DNA of 64,000 nucleotides, from positions 64,001 through 128,000 of IMG/VR virus record IMGVR_UViG_3300048074_000120, one strand, 5' to 3'. The notes beneath the pieces were generated by a model that worked only from the letters and a program-made list of their open reading frames with translations, was not told the DNA's origin and ran no database searches. The position numbers and the translations under genes are program-made. Below are positions 8,338 through 16,407 of the stretch, piece by piece. Position 1 is the stretch's first letter. Each line of letters begins with the position of its first letter. The stretch comes from a virus.

Positions 8338-10170
8338 ATGAAGCTCATCAAGCGTGATCCAAACCTCGCCTACCTAGACAACACGCTCTGGATACCCAAG
8401 AGCCAGATCAATGTGGAAGGCGTAAAGCACGCGCTCGAGTTTGAGCTTCCAGAACGCAACATGATCAAGGTGCTTCAGCTTTGGGAGGAAGCTGAGCACC
8501 ACCTGATCGTCCCCCGCGCATTCTGGAAGCCAGAAGACTTGAGCTTCCCGTGCATCGACTGCCGCCCCGAGTACTTCCCGAGAGCGGACATCCGCAGCAA
8601 CATCTGCCTCGACATGAAGCCAGGCCCTGGTGGGCTACTACAACAGACGGGCAGCGACCTGCAAAAGAGAGCCATTGAAGCACTCCTCAAAGCCACAGGA
8701 GGGACGCTTCAACTGGCTTGCGGCAAGGGCAAGACAGTGGTTGCTCTTCACTTAGCCTCCCTTCTCAAAGTACCCGTCATCATTGCCGTGGACAACACGC
8801 ACTTGCTACGGCAATGGCAAGAGGAAATAGCCAAGCACTTGGTTGTGCCGGGCGGGGTTGGGCTAATACAAGGGCAGGTCAAGGACTGGAAGAAAGACAT
8901 CGTGATGGCCACCTACCAGACGTTGGCACGGTGGGCGGACACGATGCCGGAACACATACGCCGTCGCTTTGGCCTTGTCATCTGGGACGAGGGGCACCAC
9001 GTCAATGCCCCTACCTTCTCGAAGTCAGCGCCTCTTTTTTACGGTTATCGTTTGGCGCTGACGGCAACGCCCGACAGATTGGATGGCTCGCACGTCATCT
9101 GCCAGCACCACGTGGGCGACATCATCTTCAAGGACGTCATCCAGGACTGCCCGCCCAGCATCACATTCAAATGGACCGGGTACCGCCTCGACCTCGAAAG
9201 TGATGAAGTCAAAAAAGAGGTCTGCGACAAGAACAGCGAAATCCACCTCGGCAAAATCGCCAGCCACTTCGGAGGCAACCGCGACCGCCTCGTCAACATC
9301 GTGCTTCCCGAGGTAGCCCGCCTAGTTGCCATGAAGCACAAGGTACTTGTCCTCTCGTACTCGGTCGATGAGGTCATCAACCTCATGACCCTGTGGACCC
9401 GGCAAGACCCAAACACTCTGCTGTATTCGGAGATACCCTACCCAACTCCGAATGAAGTCGGGGAGACGCTAACCCCCGTCGAGCTAAAGCCAGTGGCGGC
9501 AAAGCGACTGGAGGATACCGCAGCCGAAATTCGCCGAAACCTCAATCGCCAGAATCTCCCAGCGGCTAAACGCACCGCGTTCACCGAGCGCCTAAAAAAC
9601 TACACGACGCTCCTCAAGCAGTTCGAGGTCTGGAAAAAGACCGAGAAGGTCTATCGCCAAAGACAACGCCAGTTCATTCAGGCATTGCTCACCGCCCCAA
9701 GCGACTCTGGCCTATTCACAGAAGCAGTCAAACCAGAGGACAGGTTTCAGATGCTGCGCGAGCGACAGGTCATCTTCGCCATCATGAAGTATGGCAAGGA
9801 AGGCCTCGACGACAAAAAGCTCTCAGCCATTGTCGTCAGCGAGCCTATGTCCGACAGAAACACCCTGCAGCAGATCATGGGGCGTCCGCGGAACAAGAGT
9901 AACTCAGAGCTCGTGTTCCTCGAAGACGACATCGCACCGCTAATTGGGCAGTGCCGCAAATTGAGAAGACACCTCCGAGAATGGCCTGTCGAAGAAGGCG
10001 GGCCTTTTAGATACAACCTAGTTGGACACCCAGCGACATTGAGACGGCAAGGAGCCACTACATGGAATCAATTGAGTCAGCAAACAACGGATCGGTGGGA
10101 TCCGCAGAGCAAGAGGCAACCTGGGTTGCGATCACCTGTGGCCCCAACCGGTACATTGCACTCGCGATAG
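8338..10170 (+). CDS. Superfamily 2 DNA helicase (UvsW/Res-like)
   Basis: Walker A LACGKGKT, motif II WDEGHH, motif III LTATP, motif VI QQIMGR. Confidence 0.88.
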   Translation: MKLIKRDPNLAYLDNTLWIPKSQINVEGVKHALEFELPERNMIKVLQLWEEAEHHLIVPRAFWKPEDLSFPCIDCRPEYFPRADIRSNICLDMKPGPGGLLQQTGSDLQKRAIEALLKATGGTLQLACGKGKTVVALHLASLLKVPVIIAVDNTHLLRQWQEEIAKHLVVPGGVGLIQGQVKDWKKDIVMATYQTLARWADTMPEHIRRRFGLVIWDEGHHVNAPTFSKSAPLFYGYRLALTATPDRLDGSHVICQHHVGDIIFKDVIQDCPPSITFKWTGYRLDLESDEVKKEVCDKNSEIHLGKIASHFGGNRDRLVNIVLPEVARLVAMKHKVLVLSYSVDEVINLMTLWTRQDPNTLLYSEIPYPTPNEVGETLTPVELKPVAAKRLEDTAAEIRRNLNRQNLPAAKRTAFTERLKNYTTLLKQFEVWKKTEKVYRQRQRQFIQALLTAPSDSGLFTEAVKPEDRFQMLRERQVIFAIMKYGKEGLDDKKLSAIVVSEPMSDRNTLQQIMGRPRNKSNSELVFLEDDIAPLIGQCRKLRRHLREWPVEEGGPFRYNLVGHPATLRRQGATTWNQLSQQTTDRWDPQSKRQPGLRSPVAPTGTLHSR

Positions 10171-10556
10171 GCACCAGGAAGGACATAGACGTCATTCACA
10201 CCTGTGGGGGCGTTCTTCGCTGCACCGAAGCCTTTGAGTTCGGTAACCCTGTGCAGACGCACCAAGGGCCGCAAGGGATAGAAATCGGCAAGATCCACTA
10301 CTCGACGAGGCTCGACTCCACCCTCTTCAAATGCCCAGTCCAGTTCAACCTGGCCGGATCTACGCTCTACTACATCGAGGACCTCGACAAAAGAGGCGGA
10401 GACTACGACCAATACATGCGGTTCATCCGAAGCGCTAAGATGTCGGCAGAGCAAGCGTACAAGGACCGGGTTAGTCGTTCATCAGGGATCATAGCCGCTA
10501 CAAGCGGGGCGGTAAGTCGTGGAGGAGCTAATGGGCCAGGAAACCGCGGGTACTGA
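10062..10556 (+). CDS. Hypothetical protein
   Basis: AAGGAG RBS, 164 aa, in operon. Confidence 0.65.
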   Translation: MESIESANNGSVGSAEQEATWVAITCGPNRYIALAIGTRKDIDVIHTCGGVLRCTEAFEFGNPVQTHQGPQGIEIGKIHYSTRLDSTLFKCPVQFNLAGSTLYYIEDLDKRGGDYDQYMRFIRSAKMSAEQAYKDRVSRSSGIIAATSGAVSRGGANGPGNRGY

Positions 10557-11439
10557 TCCCAAGCCAGGGGTCGTGGTCAAGCCAGACTTCAGCAAGCCTC
10601 TGCATGAGCTAGAGCAGGAATGGAACAACTGCTCCAAGTGTGATCTCGGCAAGTACCGACAGGCTAACGGCGGCGATGTGGTCTTTGGGGAAGGAAAGCC
10701 CCGAGGCATTCTATTCGTTGGCAGAAGCCCATCGTCCGTTGATGAAAGACATGGCCGCCCGTATATCGACGACCACGGGGGCAGGCTTCTGCGTAAGTGC
10801 CTGGCCCATTACCGCATTCGCACCTACTACATCACCAACGTCACTGCTTGTAGAGCCTGCGCGCCAGTGCTGGACAACGATGGCCAGCCTCGGATGTATC
10901 CCGAGCGCAACGGAAGACCTGGCGGGATCATCTACCAGGATCAGGCACCTACGACGACGCAGCTCACCACCTGCTCCCCACGCCTGTACCAAGAAATCTA
11001 CAGCATCGACCCCATTGTCATTGTGGCTATGGGGCAATCTGCCGCTTCATTTCTGGCACGGGGCAACGTCAACATCAAAAAGCTTCGAGGCACTCCCATG
11101 GAAATAGAAGTTCCAGGGGCAGGCCACCGAGCGGTGTTGACCTCCAAGAAGAGGGAATGGATACACTCCGTCAAAGGAGTGACAGTACTTCCTACGGAGC
11201 AAAACCAAGTCAGGTACCTCATGGTGCCGACCTACGACGTAGCGACCGTCTATGACAAACGCCACGATGCAGCAGAGGGGAGTCTATTTCAAGACTTCGC
11301 TGGTGATGTATTTCTGGCAAAGGTCATCTACGATCGATACTACGAAGAAACCGAAGGTATGATCCCAGAGGCTTATACGGAAGACGTACCGACGGACATT
11401 CTCGACGAGATGGAATTGGAGGACAGCGAAAATGGCTAA
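10531..11439 (+). CDS. Family-4-like uracil-DNA glycosylase (Fe-S type) with divergent catalytic motifs
   Basis: CSKCDL, VVFGEG, LFVGRSP, YITNV.AC, CSPRL, P.VIVAMG match the family 4 UDG scaffold. GGAGGAG RBS precedes ATG 10531. Confidence 0.8.
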   Translation: MGQETAGTDPKPGVVVKPDFSKPLHELEQEWNNCSKCDLGKYRQANGGDVVFGEGKPRGILFVGRSPSSVDERHGRPYIDDHGGRLLRKCLAHYRIRTYYITNVTACRACAPVLDNDGQPRMYPERNGRPGGIIYQDQAPTTTQLTTCSPRLYQEIYSIDPIVIVAMGQSAASFLARGNVNIKKLRGTPMEIEVPGAGHRAVLTSKKREWIHSVKGVTVLPTEQNQVRYLMVPTYDVATVYDKRHDAAEGSLFQDFAGDVFLAKVIYDRYYEETEGMIPEAYTEDVPTDILDEMELEDSENG

Positions 11440-11908
11440 CAAGAAAAGAACACCATCGACCGGCGGAGTTGCCAACGTGACCAAAGCTCCACGGCTCCCA
11501 ATAGCGGAGATACCACAAGTACAAAAGGTGGTTGACCTAAAGCAGGAGATAGACGCGCTCAAAGCCGAACACCCCGGCATCTTCATGAAGCTTGCCGACC
11601 TAGTTGACCAGTACAACACAGCCCTTGAAGAAGCCACCAATGAGGTGCGGTCCCGCGGGGTAACCTGTGGGCCCTTCGAAAACTTCTTCGTGAGCACCAA
11701 GTACGATGCAACGAAGATGTACGAAGAGATTGGAGAAGAGCTGTTCCTGCAGTGTGGCGGGACCAAGGCCAAAGTCCAACAGCTCAAAGTGGATCCCAAC
11801 TTGGTCGAGGCTGCCATCGCATCGGGCAAGATTCCAAAAGAGTGCGTGGACCACTTCCGCACGATCTCCCGCGGCTACCACAAACCTGACCCCATCAACA
11901 TCACATGA
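11432..11908 (+). CDS. Hypothetical protein (coiled-coil N-half)
   Basis: Overlapping, translationally coupled 158-aa ORF. Confidence 0.7.
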   Translation: MANKKRTPSTGGVANVTKAPRLPIAEIPQVQKVVDLKQEIDALKAEHPGIFMKLADLVDQYNTALEEATNEVRSRGVTCGPFENFFVSTKYDATKMYEEIGEELFLQCGGTKAKVQQLKVDPNLVEAAIASGKIPKECVDHFRTISRGYHKPDPINIT

Positions 11909-12204
11909 GCGGAAACAACTTCACGCGTGTCCGAGAATCTTCCACAGGCAGGCATTCAGAGGCTGGGCAAGTCGTAGGGGACAACTACTCAAAGCTGCTC
12001 TCTAAGACCACGAAGGACCCAGCTAAAGTCGCCATCAGCCTATCTGAGAGCTTGGACTTTGGCGCCATGAAGGTGTCGGCCACCGTAAGCTTGGCTTGCG
12101 ACCAAAACGAACCCACCATCAACAAGGCTGGAGAGCTAGCCTTCAGCAAAGCGCTCGAGCTCTTGCGAGATAGCTGGGCTGAATTCAACAAAGGCGGAGG
12201 CTAA
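11905..12204 (+). CDS. Hypothetical protein
   Basis: ATGA overlap with the upstream stop; 99 aa. Confidence 0.65.
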   Translation: MSGNNFTRVRESSTGRHSEAGQVVGDNYSKLLSKTTKDPAKVAISLSESLDFGAMKVSATVSLACDQNEPTINKAGELAFSKALELLRDSWAEFNKGGG

Positions 12205-12206
12205 CC

Positions 12207-12545
12207 ATGCCAGTAAAAGGGATACCTGACTTCGACGGGATAGCGCTACTACAAATCGACCCCATCGACTTCAGCTCTACCGACGTGCGACTAGTGGCAC
12301 ACGGCGCTTTCATCAACTTGACCAACGGCAACACGTACGGAGAAACGACGCTCTCACGCTGGTCAAAAAATACGTTGAACCTGTTGGCACTCCTGCGGGA
12401 AAGTATGGAGCAAGACATGGCTGACGTAGTATTTGTTGCAGACACCATTGGCCAAGATGCCGGGCGGGGAGGATCGCTAGTAAATAAGCCTCCCACCGGC
12501 ATCGGAGAGCATGCCGCTTCTACACCAGAAGCCGGATCCATCTGA
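12207..12545 (+). CDS. Hypothetical protein
   Basis: GGAGG RBS; 112 aa. Confidence 0.65.
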   Translation: MPVKGIPDFDGIALLQIDPIDFSSTDVRLVAHGAFINLTNGNTYGETTLSRWSKNTLNLLALLRESMEQDMADVVFVADTIGQDAGRGGSLVNKPPTGIGEHAASTPEAGSI

Positions 12546-12563
12546 CACGCCAGTTCTTGGTGC

Positions 12564-12634
12564 CATACGTGACCGTATGCACAACATGTTGTGGTGCATT
12601 GCGATTGGGTTGACTTATGCGCGACCCAATCGCA
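12564..12634. repeat. Three consecutive inverted repeats in the intergenic region before the replicative helicase
   Basis: CATACG-TGAC-CGTATG (12564-12579), perfect 14-bp palindrome CACAACATGTTGTG (12580-12593), and TGCGATTGGGT-N13-ACCCAATCGCA (12600-12634). Confidence 0.75.
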
Positions 12635-12672
12635 GTATCATTCCCCCCTTTTGCCAGATGGAGATCATTTGA

Positions 12673-14103
12673 GTGGCCAACACGGAGCATGCTTTACTGA
12701 GCCACATCATTCGAAAGAGAGAGCTAGAGAAGGCGTTGGAGTGGGGCATAGAATCAGAGGATTTCAAGACAAACGAGGGGGCCGCCATTTTCAAGATGAT
12801 GATGGGCATGTACCGCGATCCGCGAAACATGGGAGGCCTGCTCGGTGAGTACGCTGTAAAAGAGCAATTCCCTGAATTCATCTTCTGCAACGACGAAGGG
12901 ACAAATCTAGACACCTACTGCATGCTGGTGCGCCGCCAGCGGCACCTGCGTAGCAATGCCTCGATAGCTCAGGCGCTGGTAGACACGCAAGACGACCCCA
13001 TAAAGACCGCATCCTCCTGTGCCCATCTGATACAGCAAAAAGTACTTTCGATTGGGTACGGGTCAAGGGACGACGTCAGCTTCGCAGATGCCCTAGGAAG
13101 AGCCATCACCGACCATGACCTCAGGCAGTCCGGTGTCGATCTATCGGTATGCCGCTGGCCTTGGGATCCCTTCAATGAGTCCTCAGGCGGCGTCGAGAAG
13201 GACGACTACATCGTTTTCTACGGCAGACCAAAGAGCAAGAAGTCTTGGGTACTCGCTGAGTTCATCGCCAGCGTGTTCAACCAGAACAAGGTGCCGCTGA
13301 TCTACACAAAGGAGATGACCGCTGACAACATCTTCAAACGCGTCGGCGCCTGCCTGCAAAGACTCCCTTACCAAGAATTCAGACTAGGTCGCCTCTCAGA
13401 AGCTGAACGTGCACGGCTAGCCCAGCTACTAGACTTGGCGCAAGACATCCGACGCTACGCCAAGGACATGGTCTGCCTCGATGGCAAGGACACGGACAAT
13501 GGCGACACCATCGAGTGGCTCACCTCCAAGGTGAAACGGTACAAGCCGGATGTAGTGTTCATCGACGGGCTCTACCTCATGAGCGATAACCGTGGCTCAC
13601 GCGGACAGAAGGACAACTTCCGAGTACAGAACATCTCACGAGCTGCTCGTCAGATGGTGCTAGAGACAGGAGTCCCCCTCGTTGCCACCATGCAGGCTAC
13701 GCGCTCCGCTGCAGCACACAAAGGAGCAAACCTAGACGAGATTGCCTATTCAGACGCCATCGCCCAGGACGTCACAGCAGCAATCCGCGTCATCAACGAA
13801 GACCCCAAGGAGGACGACCCCGACCGTCGCCCCAAAATCACCATGGTAATGGGCGGCGCACGCGAGTTCCATTTCGCAGGGTGCCAAATCTCTGGAATCC
13901 CAGCCACGGACTTCAGCTTCATCCGCAACCTATCCGCCAAGGAGGTCAATAACGCCAAGCAGCGGGATGATCGCCAAGATGAAAAGGCCAGCGGCCAAGC
14001 ACCTGCGAAAGGACCGAGCAAGAAAGAACTGAACTCCATGGCAACTAAGGGCGAAAAGCTCAACTACGCCAAGAGCCCATCACTAAGGGGGCACATCAAA
14101 TGA
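12673..14103 (+). CDS. dnaB: Replicative DNA helicase, DnaB/SF4-like
   Basis: Walker A YGRPKSKKS, YTKEM, Walker B VFIDGL, ATMQATR, YSDAIAQD. GTG start; adjacent to primase. Confidence 0.88.
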   Translation: MANTEHALLSHIIRKRELEKALEWGIESEDFKTNEGAAIFKMMMGMYRDPRNMGGLLGEYAVKEQFPEFIFCNDEGTNLDTYCMLVRRQRHLRSNASIAQALVDTQDDPIKTASSCAHLIQQKVLSIGYGSRDDVSFADALGRAITDHDLRQSGVDLSVCRWPWDPFNESSGGVEKDDYIVFYGRPKSKKSWVLAEFIASVFNQNKVPLIYTKEMTADNIFKRVGACLQRLPYQEFRLGRLSEAERARLAQLLDLAQDIRRYAKDMVCLDGKDTDNGDTIEWLTSKVKRYKPDVVFIDGLYLMSDNRGSRGQKDNFRVQNISRAARQMVLETGVPLVATMQATRSAAAHKGANLDEIAYSDAIAQDVTAAIRVINEDPKEDDPDRRPKITMVMGGAREFHFAGCQISGIPATDFSFIRNLSAKEVNNAKQRDDRQDEKASGQAPAKGPSKKELNSMATKGEKLNYAKSPSLRGHIK

Positions 14104-15074
14104 GCAACGATACGTCATCCACGGCCCACATAAAGGACACCGTCTACAAGCACCTATCCAAAGTGCGTCCGGCAGGTCCAGACAACTTGGTGGCAGTCTG
14201 CCCATTTCATGATGACTCAAACCCCTCCTTTGCCATCGATATCCACACAGGACTCTGGCTTTGCTACGCCTGCGGAGAAAAGGGTAACTTCAGGAGCTTT
14301 CTAAGTAAGCTCGGGATGAGCCGTGACGAGATCCGGTTTCATTACGGCAAAACGTTAGAAGAGCTCAAGCAGAATGCGCCTCCACCTCCAGACCCCGGCA
14401 GGCCCGGCGTCGTCATGGAATCAAACCGTCGTATACCGGAGGAATTGCTCGGCATCTTTCACAGGTGCCCGCGATCTCTTTTAGCTGATGGTTATTCACG
14501 AAAGACTCTGAAGAGCTTTGGGGTGGGGGTAGACCTGCTGCACAAGCGGATCACCTACCCCCTGCGTGACCTCATGGGCCATCTCGTGGGGATCAGCGGC
14601 AGGTCCATCAACAATGCATCCCCGATGCGGTACAAGGTCTACAAGGAAGAATACAAAGCGTGGGACCTACCTCCCTACGAGACCGACAAGAAGTGCCTCC
14701 TCTGGAACGCGCATAGGGTGCTGCCGGCAGTAATGAACCAAGAGCTTCCGGAAATCGTCATTGTTGAAGGGTTCAAGGCTTGCATGTGGCTAACACAAGC
14801 TGGTATCCCTAACGTCGTGGCACTGATGACCAAGACCATGAGCTGGGAGCAGCAGTGGATTTTGGAAAAGCTAAGCAGCAGCTATGTCCTCATGTTGGAC
14901 AATGACGAGGCGGGAATGGATGGCTACGTGACCATCAGCAGAGAACTGGCAAAATGCTCACCGCTAGTGAAGATCGTAGAGTACGACAAGCCACAACCAA
15001 CAGATGTTCCTTTAGAAGAACTTCCTCAACTCATAGCATCGGCAGTCAATTACAACGAAATCATGGTTACCTAA
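14100..15074 (+). CDS. dnaG: DNA primase (CHC2 zinc finger + TOPRIM)
   Basis: CPFHDDSNPSF...CYACG zinc finger, IVEG and LDND TOPRIM motifs. Confidence 0.9.
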   Translation: MSNDTSSTAHIKDTVYKHLSKVRPAGPDNLVAVCPFHDDSNPSFAIDIHTGLWLCYACGEKGNFRSFLSKLGMSRDEIRFHYGKTLEELKQNAPPPPDPGRPGVVMESNRRIPEELLGIFHRCPRSLLADGYSRKTLKSFGVGVDLLHKRITYPLRDLMGHLVGISGRSINNASPMRYKVYKEEYKAWDLPPYETDKKCLLWNAHRVLPAVMNQELPEIVIVEGFKACMWLTQAGIPNVVALMTKTMSWEQQWILEKLSSSYVLMLDNDEAGMDGYVTISRELAKCSPLVKIVEYDKPQPTDVPLEELPQLIASAVNYNEIMVT

Positions 15075-15109
15075 GTGAGGCCCTGAGCGGCCACAGAAAG
15101 TGAAACGCA

Positions 15110-16357
15110 ATGGCATTCGGTAAGAACAACGCAAATCTCCAAGGCATGAGCCTTCGTCAAAAGATGAAGCAAGGCGCCCGGAAAGCTCCGAAGGGCGGGG
15201 GTGGAAGAAGCACACCCTATTTCGTCAATCGGTATGAGCCGCCCACAACGGGACCGGCCGACATCATCCGTCTAATCCCGGGGGAGTATGAGGCACCCGT
15301 TGTCGACTACGACAACAAGGACTTTGCCTTCGACGAGAATGGTCAGCCCATCACGGCGGTCTACCCGTTCTACCGCTACATCAACTACTTCCACGGGGGT
15401 AAAAAGCAGGGCTGCATTGGGTCAGAAGGGCCCCTAGGAGAGTTCAAAGGTAAAGGGCAACCCTGCGTTGCTGCTGACTGGTTCTGGTGGGAGTGGCGTG
15501 AGCGCCAACGCCACAGCGTCAACGGCAAGCCCGCAGCCAAACCCAAGGCAATGAGCCGCAGTGATAAGTGGGCCTTTACCGTTGTTGTAGAAGCTCCCTT
15601 CTACCAGGTCCCACAGATCGACAAAAACTCTGGGCAGATCCGCGTCAACCCCAACACGAAAGAGCCCTACTACGACTGGCGCAAAGGCTCCGTACGCGGA
15701 AACGACGAGTACGCCGCAGCTGGATACAAGAAGAAGGATGGTCACCGGCAGCACTGGTCTATGCCGTATGCTCACTTCAACGTGCTCACTGAGTACGGGG
15801 ACAGCCTCGCCAAGCACTGCCGAAGCTGCGGTGGCAACAACACCATCGAGGAACTGGCCCTCGTCTGCCGCAGCTGTGGAGAGGCTATTGTCATCTTCGA
15901 CGAAACAACGCTATCGGACGACGACATCCTCCGCATGCGTGATGAACCCGTGCAATGCCCCCACTGCAAGTACCACGGCTATCTGGACAACGTCATCCAG
16001 TGCACCAACTGCGATAAGCCAGAGGCGGCAACGCTCTTTGACTTTGACCTCGAGGTAAAGCGCATCCCCGGCTCGGACGACGCCAACAACAAGACAACAA
16101 CGCTCTCAATCCTGCGAGCGATCGGACCACGCCCCTTGAACCCAAAGTTTGGGGAAGACCTGCGCAAACCGCTAGACCTACCCAAGATCTTTGCCCCCAC
16201 ACCGCTCGCACAGCAAGAAAAGATGTTTGGCACTCCACCAGACGACAGCGATGAGCCGTTGACAAGAACACCCGTCACCCGAACACCTGAGCCGCCCGCT
16301 GAAGAAGAGGAAGAGGCTCCGTTGGACGAGGGCGAGTACTCTGATTACAACAGCTAA
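15110..16357 (+). CDS. Probable single-stranded DNA-binding protein with zinc ribbons
   Basis: Lies between primase and polymerase. IRLIPG motif, aromatic-rich core, three CxxC pairs plus one more in the C-half, and an acidic tail (EEEEEAPLDEGEYSDY). Confidence 0.5.
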   Translation: MAFGKNNANLQGMSLRQKMKQGARKAPKGGGGRSTPYFVNRYEPPTTGPADIIRLIPGEYEAPVVDYDNKDFAFDENGQPITAVYPFYRYINYFHGGKKQGCIGSEGPLGEFKGKGQPCVAADWFWWEWRERQRHSVNGKPAAKPKAMSRSDKWAFTVVVEAPFYQVPQIDKNSGQIRVNPNTKEPYYDWRKGSVRGNDEYAAAGYKKKDGHRQHWSMPYAHFNVLTEYGDSLAKHCRSCGGNNTIEELALVCRSCGEAIVIFDETTLSDDDILRMRDEPVQCPHCKYHGYLDNVIQCTNCDKPEAATLFDFDLEVKRIPGSDDANNKTTTLSILRAIGPRPLNPKFGEDLRKPLDLPKIFAPTPLAQQEKMFGTPPDDSDEPLTRTPVTRTPEPPAEEEEEAPLDEGEYSDYNS

Positions 16358-16372
16358 CTAACCAATGAAAGG

Positions 16373-16399
16373 AGAGGGCCTCTTTACTAGGGGCCCTCT
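16373..16399 (+). promoter_or_regulatory. Stem-loop between the SD and the polymerase start codon
   Basis: AGAGGGCCTC-TTTACTA-GGGGCCCTCT, with AAAGGAG immediately 5' and the ATG 8 nt 3'. Confidence 0.55.
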
Positions 16400-16407
16400 T
16401 TCTACTT

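Noticed and set aside
12546-12672. Structured intergenic region as a tRNA or known ncRNA
   Set aside because: No cloverleaf, T-loop or CCA signature; kept only as an inverted-repeat cluster.
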